Below, in pieces: positions 1-13,856 of a DNA stretch of 56,651 nt; the stretch's first letter is position 1, and each line of letters begins with the position of its first letter. This stretch comes from Octopus bimaculoides (lineage: Eukaryota), in NCBI RefSeq assembly GCF_001194135.2, contig NC_068981.1:76824934-76881584 (forward strand), given 5' to 3'. The notes beneath the pieces are model-generated. The model was not told the DNA's origin and ran no database searches. It was given only the letters and a program-made list of their open reading frames with translations. Both the position numbers and the translations under genes were made by a program.

Positions 1-135
<135 letters not shown>

Positions 136-451
136 ATGAGCTTCGTAGCTGTAGGTATGAAGTGATTTGTGTTGAAGATTGAATATTTTATTTATAGCAA
201 TGATCAGATATAGATAATGGACATATTGCGCTAATATTTTGCTGGTGCTTCGTGTTTCATAGTTCACAAACAGAGTTTTTGCTTTTAATGCTGTTGATAG
301 CATCATATTGAATGCTCTTGCCCAGGTACCTAAACATTATAAATTCCGTTAAGCAGATCTGATCACGGATGTATACTGTTGAGGCTCTTGTTCACTGTGA
401 CCCTTTGTATCTTGTGTACTCATGGTTAAGCTGCTCGTCATTGACATTCTA

Positions 452-1747
452 TCAGGTCATCCCACAAGTTCTGTCCAAATTTCGAATAAAGAAAACAAAT
501 GATCAAATATTATGTTTAATTGAAATTTAATCATCAATGTACTTTCCCTGATTATCTATGACTTCCTTCCATCTATTTACAAGCTTTTAAATCTCATCAA
601 TGTAAAACTCTTTTGGCTTCAAAGCAAAGAGCTCTGAAATGATTTTCGACCTCCTCCTCGCTTGCGAAAGTTATGTCCCCTAAATGATTCTGTAAACTAC
701 GAAACAAATGGTAGTCTGAAGTAGCAAGGTCGGGAAAATAAGGTGGATGAGGATTTTTTTCTCAACCAAGCTCTTCGATCTCCTGTGATATGATCTTGGC
801 AGTGTCGGGCCACGCATTGTCCTGATGAAACATCACTCCTTTTCGATTCACTAAAGCGGGTCTTTTTTTCTTCACAGCTCGGTTCAAACTCTCTAATTCC
901 TGACAGTAGACTTGAGCATTTATTGTTGCATTCGGTGGTAACAATTCAAAGTGAATTACTCCTTTGCAATCCCACTAGATAGAGAGAAAACCCTTTTTCC
1001 ATGAAATTCCCTTCTCAGTTGTGGTTGACCTTTTTCCTTTTTACCAAGCCACTGCTTAAATTTTCCAAGTTTAACGTTTCGATAGAAGATTCATTTTTCG
1101 TCACCAGTAACTAGTCTATCGAAAAAGGGTGAAATGAGTTCGCGAGAATGGAGAGAAGAGCAGATAGATGTCAACTCGGGATTTGCGGTTGCTTTCGGAC
1201 AATTCCTGAGGCACCCATTTCCCAAATTTAGGAACCTTTCCAAGTTGTTGAAGATGATGATGAACAGTTGTATGATTTGAACTGAGCTTTATTTCCAATT
1301 CTTCAACTGATAATGTAGGATTTTCTTCAAGTAATGCCTCAAGGTGTTTATCATTCAACTCAACTGGATGTCCTGTTCGATCTTCATCTTCAAGGCTGAA
1401 ATCTCCAATTCTGAATTTTGCAAACCATCTTCTGCAAGTTCTTTTATTCAAGCATTCTTTCCCATAAACTGAGTGTATATTTTGAGTAATTTCGGCTGCA
1501 GAGTTTCCCTTTTTGTACTCATAAAGCATTATGTACTTCAAATGCTCTTTGGATACTTCCATGTTAGAATGGGTTTTAATCAAAGATATGTTGATCTTAT
1601 TATTCTGTAAAATAATATTTAATTAGTTTTAATGTACACAAATGCATAAAAATAAGTTTTAATTCTATTAGACATTCTAAAATACTATTAAATTTCATCC
1701 AATTTCTAAAAAGGTAAAATCGGACAGAACTTACGGGGATGACCTGA
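452..1747 (-). mobile_element. Mariner (Tc1/mariner, DD34D-type) DNA transposon, full span about 1.3 kb, decayed
   Basis: Left TIR tcaggtcatcccacaagttctgtcc (452-476). Right TIR 1722-1747 reads tcaggtcatccccgtaagttctgtcc as reverse complement. TA dinucleotides at 450-451 and 1748-1749. Length 1296 bp is typical of mariner. Confidence 0.93.
527..1583 (-). pseudogene. Mariner transposase pseudogene (frameshifts and stops)
   Basis: ORF 1116-1583 gives the HTH region (YEYKKGNSAAEITQNI...RTCRRWFAKFRIGDFSLEDEDRTGHP, WVPQEL). ORF 762-944 has FHQDNA. Downstream is HPPYFPDLATSDYHLFRSLQN (YSPDLAPSD motif) and a C-terminus ...RWKEVIDNQGKYIDD* ending at 527. Confidence 0.92.
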
Positions 1748-2454
1748 TAGTTGCCGTGTAGTTGAACTTATTATGGGATTCATGGTATAAAAGTTTATGG
1801 TGGTTTTGATGTCTATATCATACCAAACGTTGCTATTGCGTAATTTTCCTTCATAGGGATTGTAATTCTGATAAGTTTAATGCCTGTTTAAGGGTGTCTG
1901 GTTTGTACAAGTTTTGTTGCATATTTACATTTATTGCAATAAAAATTACAAGTGAGTTGCAGAGTGTAATATCAGGATATCTTCTGGTGAAATAGCTGGT
2001 TTTAGAATATCTTATGAGCGGATGTTAATCGACAACTAACATGTAAACGTATAAATTAGCATTTATATATATATGTTTGGTATTATATCGACATGGCAGA
2101 ACATGACATCTGACATGGTGTTATTCCACAGATTCAAATTGATAACTTGTTTCATGCTAATGCTTCCTACACCAAAGAGCGTTTTACAACTCTTTGTGGG
2201 ATTAATACGTCTAATCATTTCTTTGCTGCAGATGTATCTAACAAAATACATCATATTTTCACTGAATGCTAAAAGCCAGATATTACATATGTATATTTTA
2301 ATGACTATCACACAAGAAGTGAAATCATTACATCATAATGTGCATCGGAATATGTAATAATTTAATTTTTGTTAAATAATTCAAGTATAATGATGCAATA
2401 TGGAGTAATTAAATTAATAGTAAAAAGGAAATGGGTCTTTCATTTTTTCTCTCT

Positions 2455-2970
2455 ATATATGTGTGTGTGTGTGTGTGTACGTGCGTGCGTGCGCGCGTGT
2501 GTATGTGTGTGTGTGCACGTTTGTTTGAACCTGTGTATATGTGTGTATATATATACATATATGTGTGTGTGCGTGTGTGTGTGTATGTATGTGCGCGTGT
2601 GCGTGCTGAAATAAGAATTATCCGAAAATTCTGAAATGAAAAGTGAGAACACACACAAAGAACAGTAAAAGAAAACAATATGAAAACTACAAACACATTT
2701 CCTTCGACCTGGGCCATGGGTTGTGCCTTGACAGCGCGCATAATTTGAGTGATTAAAACACGAATAAAATCAAACAGTGTATCAGGATCATAATGATGGT
2801 GGTGATGATGATGGTGGCAGCTACGATGATGAGTTTTTCATGAAGCATATTTAAAAGACGTACAGTTCGTTGTTTGAGCGCGCACGCGTGTGTGTGAGAG
2901 TATGTGTGTACATGTGTGAGTGTGTCTGTTTGTGTTTGGTGTCTATGTGTCTGATTTGTGTGTGTGTCTC

Positions 2971-3059
<89 letters not shown>

Positions 3060-3170
3060 ATATATATATTTGCACACACACACACATGTATACTTACATG
3101 TATATCCCACCCCATAAACATACACACACATGCACACACACGCACACACACACGCACACACGCGCACACA
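2455..3170. repeat. Compound (TG)n/(TA)n/(CA)n microsatellite clusters
   Basis: TG-rich run about 2455-2610; TG/TA/CA run about 2880-3170 including a long (TA)n at about 2978-3040. Confidence 0.9.
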
Positions 3171-4965
3171 TATGGAAGTTCGATAACTACTATTTATAAT
3201 TGGGATATATTTAGTTATGCCATTACTTAGTTTCATTAGAAAATATTCTCATTTCATTTGGTAGCATAAATTTGACGTTATCTCACTGAAGAGAGAATAC
3301 GCCTTTTGCAAATAATAATTAATAAAAAGATATTTCTTCTTTTGACTATCACTAACACGCCGATATTTTGACATTCTCCAAACATATGATAAAATATCTT
3401 GGATCATTCACACCTGGGAAAGCAAGTAAATTGAAATGTGTTTAAATCTCTTGAGTGTGCCATAAATAGTTTAGATTTAACAGTTCGCCATTCTTTATAA
3501 ACACGAACCGAACTGCAAAAAATTATGCACATTAGAATAATGGTTCGGCATAATTAATTACTTGTTAGCGCGTCCAGAATTCATAGCCATTTCTCAGTAT
3601 GACTTCCAAGTTTCGGTTATTCTTAGTCCTCATATTAAAATTAATATTGATTTCTGCAGACTTGCATTGAAGCTGTGTATTTGTTGTGGATAAAAAAAAC
3701 AAATTAGTATAATAACCCATACATATTGTTTTTTGCTTTCATGTAGAACGTTGCTGAATAACTTTCTTCCTGAAATCGATACATGGTTGCATTAAGGCTT
3801 TAGTGAGGGCTTTCTTCTTATGTCATTCTATAAATTCGTAGATATTTATTTTCACTAAGCACATGGTCAACTGAAGTATTCAGGGGTAAGTGGACTGAGA
3901 ACGAGTGATGGTTTACTTTAAAATGCTTCACTCAATGATCCATGCGTTTCAAAGTTAAATATTGACTGAATCCTTTTATCCAATTTAATTCCTTCACCTG
4001 AAATTTATAGTTTAGTATTTCAGTGTGGAGTGGGTTCTATCAGTTTCACTAACCTTTGAAGCTTTCATTTTATTTTTCTGGAGAATAATTCTTCGACGAT
4101 AATCCAACAGCATATGAAACGATGTGAAGGACGATCTCCTTCACATAATCGTTTGAAGTAACTTTATTATATCACATGTTCACATGCCTATTCCATTGAC
4201 ATCTGAAATTCGAAAACAAATTCGGCCGTTACTGGAAATGAAATCATAACGTTGAAAGTGTCTTGCCTTCTAGTACAATTTGATAGTTATAACCAATCGG
4301 AAGATCATGTAAGTCTCACAATCAAAGGAACGCAATTTCTGCTTGTGTCTTTTCAGCAAGTCTTATTAACATTACGCATGTTATATCAGTCGAAGTTAGA
4401 AATAATTTCTTTTATAGAATTAGTTAATTTATATATTCTATGATACGTTTGTCAACGCACAATCGTGAGATGCATAGTATTCTTTGAAAAACTAATTTTC
4501 AAGGCTACAGCAACGGAATATTCATTCTAGATACCGACTGATTTATTAGCACGCACTTCGGTTCAAAACAAATTGCAAGGTCGAAATCTTTTAGCAATAG
4601 TTAGATTAGCATGTTCTGTCTGGAAGTTATAATACCAAAGGTCTTTGCTACGAACATTAGAATGTATAATTTCGTACATAGCCTTAATTCATTCATATGC
4701 TTTATTTTGTGTAACGTACTTTTATTTAAAACATTAAGGTGAAGAAAGGAACCATTTGAATACACTAAAAACGATATTGTGTCAAGTCATTAATACATTA
4801 CGTAAATTAATATTGATCCCTTTGAAAATTTCTTTTGACAAAAAACGAAACCGTTGCTCGCATCTTTTATTTTATCGACATTTTATATATACATACATAC
4901 AAATACGCAAATACGTATGTATGCGTGTATGTATATACATAAGTAAATGCATGAATGTATGTATG

Positions 4966-5002
<37 letters not shown>

Positions 5003-5177
5003 NNNNNNNNNNNNNNNNNNNNNNNNNNNNNNNNNNNNNNNNNNNNNNNNNNNNNNNNNNNNNNNNNNNNNNNNNNNNNNNNNNNNNNNNNNNNNNNNNN
5101 NNNNNNNNNNNNNNNNNNNNNNNNNNNNNNNNNNNNNNNNNNNNNNNNNNNNNNNNNNNNNNNNNNNNNNNNNNNNN

Positions 5178-5214
<37 letters not shown>

Positions 5215-8200
5215 GAGAGGCGTATATAAGTGTACATATGTGTATGTACAAGAGGAAAGGTTCCGTATGTGAGTCTTTGTGTGTATATGTATCTAATTAC
5301 ATGATTATTCATTATGTATATACGCACTTGTACACGCACACACATACACTCACTCACTCATTCATTCACTCACACCGATGCACATATATGTTTCTATGTG
5401 TGTATATGAATGTATATATCTGTGTAAGTTAACTTATGCATACAAAGGCAAAAGAGTTGTGTTACGAGACGAAATTTTAAAAGTAATAGCTAAATGCTGG
5501 AAGAAATTGCGGGGAAGAAATTGATTCATTTTACAGGTTAATACGAGGGACTTTTACGTGAATCAGTATGGATAAATTCACGCAAAATACGTTGTCGCAT
5601 TTAGTGAGCTTTTTTTTTAGGAGCGACTTCGAATATCATTCTCAGATGGACCGCTCTTTCCTATTTTCAAGGTCCAGGAATCAGTTCCGTTCATGTATTT
5701 GTGCGATATATTCATCTAAAATAAGAGTACGACACTTGTAACATGATGAATGACTGACATCAGTAGAAGAATAAAGAAATTTATGTGTGCTTTTATTTTA
5801 TTTTATGAATTCCCCGTTAATGAAAACAAGAAACTGCTTCTATACCAGAAAGAATGCTTCTTTCAAGAAATACAGATTCTAATTTTATTTATCGAAGTAT
5901 ATATGCAGATATTTATATAAGCATATAATCCAGCTTGCATTTACGTGTGTATATTTTGTGTGATATAAATATCAATACTATGAAGCGTAGAGGGTAAATG
6001 TTATTTTAATTGTGATATGAATTACTAATTATTTTGGAAGCTACCTTAATATAATTGTGGAATATAACAGCTTATATTCGTCTTCCTTCCTCTCTATTGA
6101 AGAGGTGGATATAGTGATTCTGCCAAATCTGTATATTGCTCCCGTATCGTATTACAAGTTTCTACTAATACTAATTGCAGTATATGTTTCCTTGTATAGC
6201 TAGTGAAGTGGTGGGTTTAACTTTATTGCAATGCCTGAAATATAGCTATTGTTATGTTGTGGCGTGTCCCCTTGCTTAATACACTTTCTTCGATATTCTA
6301 TGCAATAATTTTCAAATATCCAAAACGTGGCCCTTAATGTTATTAGAAATTGCTAATCCATCTTCTCTCATTGAGCTTTCTGGGTTTGTGCTTTCTATGT
6401 GTGACAAAAATACAGTCCTCCGAGATTAGTCGGCTCACCCCATCGTATAGCAACATCAAAATTTAATGTCACCCATCTTTGAGACCAGGCCTGGTAGGAA
6501 GAGTTTTGTTACAACAGCAACTGTTTAAAATTCATTAGTATTCTCATACCGAGATCACTAATTGTGGTAAATGGGATTTAGAGACAGAAATAGAGTTCCC
6601 TTTATCGATTTGGGTGAATCTGTAGGACGTTTTGTTTCAATGCTGTAAAATCATTTAATAATGACGTTGCAAATATTTCATTGTTATAGTTTCGTAATAA
6701 ATCTATTTTTAAGGATAACTATTCCTTGAATGCATTTTCTAACTAGCTGTAATGTACATTTTTGGGGCATTGATTGACCTACATTCAGAAACGGAAAGAA
6801 AATTGATTTTGAGATCCTTAGGCTATACAATGTGTGATAAGAGTAATGATATATAATCTTCTATTAGGAGTTGGGAGTTAGTTTTACTGCTTCTACGTAT
6901 ATCATGTTATTGCTGGTTGAGCTGCTTTTTTTGTGTTCTAGTAATGTTTATTTTCATAAGATAGGACTACGATATAGAGTTTAGTCATATAGATTCCTTA
7001 TTGTGAATGCGATTATGTTCATATTCGGGAATTATTCGATATAACTCATCCGGTAATAAAAAAATATTATGAAGTTGACTTCCGAACAATTTCTACGAAT
7101 ATCCAAGAATCTAGCTGACCAAGAAAGCACCGTAAAGTTGCTGCTCTGGACCACAGTATATGTTGCCTTGTTTCTTTCCCTTACACACGAACAACCTCAT
7201 ACAGAAACTATTTAACATCGCTGTTTTGTTATATGCTCGACTTTGACGAATGAAAATCAGTTTAGCTGCTTTATTCCCCGTACATCGCTCGAGTGATCTC
7301 AGTTGTATGACTACATGTGAGAGCTACTCCGCAAATTAATGCGTCAGTCATCAACTGTTTCCTCACATATCTAATATCTACACCTTGTATTGAATAATTT
7401 TTGTTTCTTTTGTAAATAATAGCAACATATTCCTTATTTTGATTAGGATTAGTGGCCCATATCAATAGTTTTCCATACACTCACGACTAATAATACCACG
7501 ACTTCAGAAAGATATAAGCAAGGATGACATATCAGAGAGGCAACAATTTGTACAGAAAGGACTAGATGTGATCTGTGAGAAGCCTTGATGGTTGGACATA
7601 GAATGATGGTAGCGAGAATGAGAGAGAACTGTGCCCAAGATCAGCTTTAAAAAATTGATGGAGGGAAGTGACAGAAATCTGTGTGTTAGAGGTTGAATTA
7701 ATAGAGTGAGAATCAATAGAGTAATTACTAACTGGAGTCTCGCCTGAATCTTGTAAAAAGTTACTAGTTCATGTAGTCTAAATATTTTCTTACCTTCATT
7801 AGAAACATCAGTATTCGAGATGCTGTCTGTTCAATTTTGGGTATGTGATTTCGATATGAGATCAGATCCTCAGGAAAAAAGCAGCTTAAAATTTGAAGCA
7901 ATCGTGAGGATTAAAGCAGCGTATTATTTAGGATATGTCAGACGTTTTAGAGCATTCTCTTCAAAATAATTTTCTGGCAATATGAAGAATTTATGGAAAA
8001 CATTTTCAGATATATATGTTAAAAATAAGACAGAGTACGATAGGAGTATGTCAAAAATAAAGAAGAAAAAGCTGCAGAAAAAGAATATGTGAAACATAGG
8101 GAAATGGTGGAAGCGTAGGCGGTAGAAGGGCAGGGAGGAAAGATGCTTATTAAAAAATGTCGTCAATCATTATGGTTTTATATTAATAGCATAAATATTT

Positions 8201-9221
8201 TAAATAAAAATAAAGGAGGATAAGTTATTGGTTATTCTATGAAATGAAACTAATCAATATATATCCTGTTTTGTTCGTTGTTAAAGACCGTTGAATACCG
8301 TGTGTGTCTATTGAAATATTATAAAGAAGTAAATCTTTTAATTTCGAAATTTAGATATATATGAAGCGATAAGTTTTAGAGAAGTATAAAGGAAAGCAAA
8401 AAATTCTTAACTGAGTTTGTCACTGGACAAAGTTAGTTATATGCAATCGTGGGGAAAATAAATAAACCAGTGTGTAAGATGCCATTTGATTAGTTTTCCA
8501 AACACTCCACATCTTAAACTAGAAATTATAGTCTGGTATCAACGATTGGTAGAAAATTAATTGATTATTATGTTATTGAAGATATACGAGGCAAAGTCAG
8601 CTGAATGTAAGAAAACACAATATAAATAAATGAGTTCACAATACAATCATGTCTAAATTAAACTATTGGTTTACTATCAAATTCATTTATTGTAGGTACA
8701 ATTATAGTGCGAAATAGAACTTAGGATTAAAAAGCAACTAACAAAGTTTCTGTGTCGCATATACTAATTTAATTCGAAGGAGCATGTAATTCATTTGCTT
8801 GCGATCTTTCATAAGTTGTAATTAATTTATACAATTAAAAGTAGTGAATTTTAAGTTTCAGAAGAAAAAAAACCGGTCTGTAGGAGATAATATAGGCATT
8901 TTATGTGTTTATTTATTTATTTATTGTTTTTATCAAAAACAAAATGTTAACACAATGTAAAAGAAATGGTTTATTCTCAACCACAAGTGGGCTAGACATT
9001 GATATATAGAGTACTGTATTTTATGATATGAACTTGTATTGTTCATATAAACTATCGATGTTATTCAGATATACTGCAATAACCAATATTATACTGAGAG
9101 TACACCGAAGTTGTATGCACATATATATAAATATAGAGATACACAAGCTCGCACGTGGCGCGCACACACATAATAATACATAACGTATATTATATATCAT
9201 AAATATATGAATTGCGTTCAT

Positions 9222-9525
9222 ATTTAAAAGATTGTGGTTCTCCAGGAAGCTAGCTATCCTTGACCTCACTACCCTTTCAAACACTTTGATCATATGGGAG
9301 GTGAGTGCAATTGGAGGGATCTATATCCCTGTTTGAAAACCAAAATGACAGACTCGGATAAGAGATGTTTCGGTATCGGACCTGGGTGTAAAGAATATCT
9401 CCAGAGGTTGGCTAGAGGGACTTCAAGCTGGTGTCTACATTCCTTCAGGATCCCAGCAAGGTATATATCAGGACCTACATTTATTGATTCTATGATGTCT
9501 GAAGCAGTAAAGGTTATGTTCTAGA
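9222..9525 (-). mobile_element. CR1/L2-like LINE reverse transcriptase fragment
   Basis: Minus-strand translation ITFTASDIIESI..GPD..ILKECRHQLEVPLANLWRYSL..IPKHLLSESVILVFKQG then MIKVFERVVRSRIASFLENHNLLN, matching the N-terminal RT region of CR1-group ORF2. Confidence 0.75.
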
Positions 9526-9574
9526 TTATATATTAAGGATCGACTTCGTTCACATCTCTTGCGTCACTATACAC

Positions 9575-10072
9575 ACACATACACACATGCACACGCACAA
9601 ACACACACACACACACACACAAACACTCACACATACACACACACACACATATATATATATATACACATATATGCACAGAGAGAGAGAGAGAGAACGCGAT
9701 GGACAGTCAAACAGACAGATAGATAGATATACACATAGATATACACAGATACATATACCTATATTTAGCCATGAAGATAGACACATATTATACATATACA
9801 CATATATACAAATATACTTACTTAGAGCATAAAAATTACACATTACTAACTCGACAGCTCTTTGAGGAAGCTTGGAATAACATAGTAATCGTAATATTCA
9901 TAATTTGCAGATGTAATGTGTAAAATGTCATGTGTATGCAACCAGTAGATATTCCCACAGATATGTTATTACAAGCCCGGCTTCATTCATCAAGAGACAA
10001 TAGGCAAAAGCACGTGTTTTCTATACTGACAATATCTAGTTCACATTTATTCTCTATATATGAATGTATGTG

Positions 10073-10138
<66 letters not shown>

Positions 10139-10154
10139 CCTATCTATCTATCTA

Positions 10155-10188
<34 letters not shown>
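9575..10188. repeat. (CA)n/(GA)n/(GATA)n cluster and (CTAT)n(CT)n(AT)n cluster ending in a gap
   Basis: Simple repeats at about 9575-9760 and 10070-10188. Confidence 0.85.
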
Positions 10189-10556
10189 NNNNNNNNNNNN
10201 NNNNNNNNNNNNNNNNNNNNNNNNNNNNNNNNNNNNNNNNNNNNNNNNNNNNNNNNNNNNNNNNNNNNNNNNNNNNNNNNNNNNNNNNNNNNNNNNNNNN
10301 NNNNNNNNNNNNNNNNNNNNNNNNNNNNNNNNNNNNNNNNNNNNNNNNNNNNNNNNNNNNNNNNNNNNNNNNNNNNNNNNNNNNNNNNNNNNNNNNNNNN
10401 NNNNNNNNNNNNNNNNNNNNNNNNNNNNNNNNNNNNNNNNNNNNNNNNNNNNNNNNNNNNNNNNNNNNNNNNNNNNNNNNNNNNNNNNNNNNNNNNNNNN
10501 NNNNNNNNNNNNNNNNNNNNNNNNNNNNNNNNNNNNNNNNNNNNNNNNNNNNNNNN

Positions 10557-12490
10557 CATAGAGGACAACTGAGAATTCCTGCAAGACAGCCTTCTGAGTG
10601 TCACAGACAAAACCTGTGGCTGGTGCAAAGTCCCATCCAGACCTAGGGTAACAATGCAGTAGACAGGGCCATGAGAGCAAAGAAACAGGCCTGGAAGAGT
10701 GGAGGTGGCAAGGAACAGTACCAGATAGTCAAAAGGGAAGCTAGGAGACAGGTATATATAGCCAAGGGAGAATCAGATTAGAAGTTTGCCAATGTTCAGT
10801 AGTGTGAGGACCAAAAAACTGAAATGTTTCAGATAGCAAGACTGTGTGAGAGAAAATCGTGATGTCATAGGAGAGAAATGTGTCCACATGGATGATGGTG
10901 AACTTGCATTTAACAATTCTGCAACGAAAGAGGCTTGGAAATGCCATTATGAAAGACTGCTGAATGTGGAGAATGAATGGGAGGAAGAGAGTCTGCCAAA
11001 TGTTGATCCAATTGCAGGACCAGCTACCCAAATTGATAAGTTCCTTGGTAGATAAAGCAATTGAGGATATGAAGACAGGGAAAGCCCCCAGCCCTTCAAG
11101 AATCACTACTGAGATGCTTAAAATATCTGGTGGTGTGGGTTATGGTCTAATTGCCCCTATTGTAAATCAGATGATTCACAAAAGAGTCATACCCAATGAC
11201 TGTTATAGCAGCACCATAGTCAACTGCTACAAAGGTAAAGGTGACAACTTAGATAGAAATAATTACAGAAGTATCAAATTGTTGGATCAGGTAATGAAAG
11301 TTACAGAGAGGGTCATAGCCTAACTGATTAGATAGAGATTTAGTCTAGATGAGTTGCAGTTTAGTTTTGTATCAGGGAGAAGCACCACTGGTGTTATATT
11401 TCTGGTAAGGCAGCTGCAGGAGCAATACATAGCCAAAGCCAAACCCCTGTACTTGGCTTTTGTTGACTTGGAGAAAACCTTTGACAGGGTCTTCCGATCC
11501 CTTACCTGGTGGTCAATGCAGAAATTAGGGATAGAGGAGTGGTTGATGAGAGCTGTACAAGCCATGTATAGGAATGCTACCAGTAAGGTAAGGGTTGGCA
11601 ATGAGTACAGCAAAGAATTCAGGGTACAAGTAGAGGTTCGTCAAGGATCGGTCTTCCACCCCCTCTTGTTCATCATAGTCCTCCAGGCAATAACAGAGGA
11701 ATTTAAGACAGGTTGCCCCTGGAAGCTCCTCTATGCTGATGACCTTGCTCTTATTGCTGAATCACTACTCGAACTAGAGAAGTTTTAGGTATGGAAGCAA
11801 GGTCTAGAATTGAAGAGCCTTAGAGTTAACCTAGCAAAAGCCAAAGTCTCAGGAAGTAGGAAGGCAGACAAATCACAAATCCTTTCGAGTAGATGGCCTT
11901 GCTCGATCTGTAGAAAGGTGTAGGTAGAAACTCCATAAGATGCACCTGATGTAAGCTTTGGACACATAAGAGGTGCAGCAATATCAGAGGAAACTTAACA
12001 AGGAAAATTTTGTATGTTGAAGATGCGCAGGTACAATAAATGCTGAAAATGTGCAGAAAATAGACTCCATTAACTGCCAGGGGAGCAAGCTAGAGGTAGT
12101 AGATAGCTTTCGTTATCTACGTGACCAAGTTAGTAGTGGAGGTAAATGCTCCAAACGCGTTGCTGTGAGAATAAGATTAGGCTGGGCAAAGTTCAGAGAG
12201 CCCTTACCTCTGCTGGTAACAAAGGGTCTCTCTCTCAGAATGAAAGATAGACTGTTTGATACTTGTGCGTGAACAGCTATGCAACATGGCTGTGACAGCT
12301 GAGGACGTGTAGGCTTCAAAGAAATGAAGCCAGTATGCTTCACTGGATGTGCAATGTCAGCATGCATGTTCGACAGAGAGTAAGCATCTTGAGAGAAAAG
12401 TTAGATGGCCAATGTTAGGGTCACGTAACTGGCACATAAAACAGCACCTTTCAAGCATTGGGCTTCACGGAAGTAATGACCAAGACCTTT
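10557..12490 (+). mobile_element. RTE-clade LINE ORF2 remnant (RT plus Cys-rich insert), bounded by gaps
   Basis: Frameshifted ORFs 10846-12272: KEAWKCHYERLLNVENEW, KTGKAPSPS, NYRSIKLLDQVMKVTERV, QFSFVSGRSTT, YLAFVDLEKTFDRV, RQGSVFHPLLF, LLYADDLAL (YADD at 11732-11743), EVVDSFRYL. Confidence 0.92.
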
Positions 12491-12744
12491 NNNNNNNNNN
12501 NNNNNNNNNNNNNNNNNNNNNNNNNNNNNNNNNNNNNNNNNNNNNNNNNNNNNNNNNNNNNNNNNNNNNNNNNNNNNNNNNNNNNNNNNNNNNNNNNNNN
12601 NNNNNNNNNNNNNNNNNNNNNNNNNNNNNNNNNNNNNNNNNNNNNNNNNNNNNNNNNNNNNNNNNNNNNNNNNNNNNNNNNNNNNNNNNNNNNNNNNNNN
12701 NNNNNNNNNNNNNNNNNNNNNNNNNNNNNNNNNNNNNNNNNNNN

Positions 12745-12817
<73 letters not shown>

Positions 12818-12820
12818 TGT
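12745..12820. repeat. (GA)n microsatellite
   Basis: Perfect GA run directly after an N-gap. Confidence 0.95.
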
Positions 12821-13009
12821 GAGCGAAAATATATAACTCCAGGTAGTTCTGAAAATAATGCAAGAGTGGGTATTCTTTTATTCTTTTATCTAGTTTCAGC
12901 TCATGAGCTATGGCCATGCTTGGGGCACTACCATTATGTTTTTTTTTTGTTTTTTAATTAATTGACGTAAGCTGTTCAAATCGAATATGTTGGTAGAATA
13001 ATTCTTCCA

Positions 13010-13790
13010 CTCAATAAAAATATTTCGCAACAGTTTACATAACAAGCGACGCATTTGTGCCAATGTATAACCCATACATCGAAAACTCTTAAAAACGAAA
13101 AAATCAAGTGAGCACAGTCGTATTCATTTCTTTATAACCATTTCACATCCATTTTACTCATCAACTCGTTCTTTCACGAAGTTGTCTTTCATTGGACCAA
13201 ACAGGTGAACATTTTGAGAACGGTACAAGTCTACCCAATTTGCCGATAGCCTGATTTGCTGCAACAAATATATCTGATCGCGTACTGCTATGGTCAATGT
13301 GATTCGTTTTAGATTCATTGTCAATCTCTTTGTCTTAATCTACTACTCGCTCTTTACAATACAATTGCATCCCAGAAAATCAAGAAGGATTGCCATTTGT
13401 TATTGTAAAAAAAAAAAAATTTTTTTAAAGAACCAGATCAATCATCATGACATTCTGTAGCGATTGCCAGCTCTTGAACACCCTAGGAGAACAGCGTGGT
13501 GCAATTCCATAGCATGTGCATCCGGATGATAAATGAAAGCACACGTTTCATCGCTTATTATCAAATCGGAGAAAAGAGGTGTCTTCATTGGCTTCATACG
13601 CTTCCCGCAGATCAGGACAGATATTTAAGCATACTCCATTCCCTTAATGAAGAGCAACAAGACAAAGGGCTACTCTTGTAAGAAGAAAGGTTGTATAACA
13701 ACAGTTAAAATTCCAATGGCCTATGTCGTTGTTAATCAAAATTTTATGCCAACTTTTACAATACTTTCGGTATAACCTGATTTTTTGTAT
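13010..13790 (-). mobile_element. Old, degenerate mariner transposase remnant
   Basis: Minus-strand pieces LIISDETCAFIYHP (13545-13563; resembles the TGDETW first catalytic D), MAILLDFLG, HLFGPMK (13188-13211) and WHKCV. No TIRs recognised. Confidence 0.65.
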
Positions 13791-13856
13791 ATAAACGTTA
13801 CTGTTGCCATATACGTGGGGTATGTGAATGTATGCATATATATATATATATATATA

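Noticed and set aside
136-449. Sequence between the first (TTA)n and the mariner as a Dong 3' end
   Set aside because: No Dong C-terminal motif in any minus-strand frame.
3860-3891. Strong donor GGG|GTAAGT with possible upstream acceptors
   Set aside because: The longer candidate exon has stops in all three frames, and the short one is too small to support without RNA data.
4117-4154. Short hairpin aaacga-tgtgaagga/tccttcaca-tcgttt
   Set aside because: Only a 9-bp perfect stem plus a bulged 6 bp; too short for a pre-miRNA and plausible by chance.
7490-7740. Purine-rich stretch with faint LINE C-terminal resemblance
   Set aside because: Too degenerate to assign by eye.
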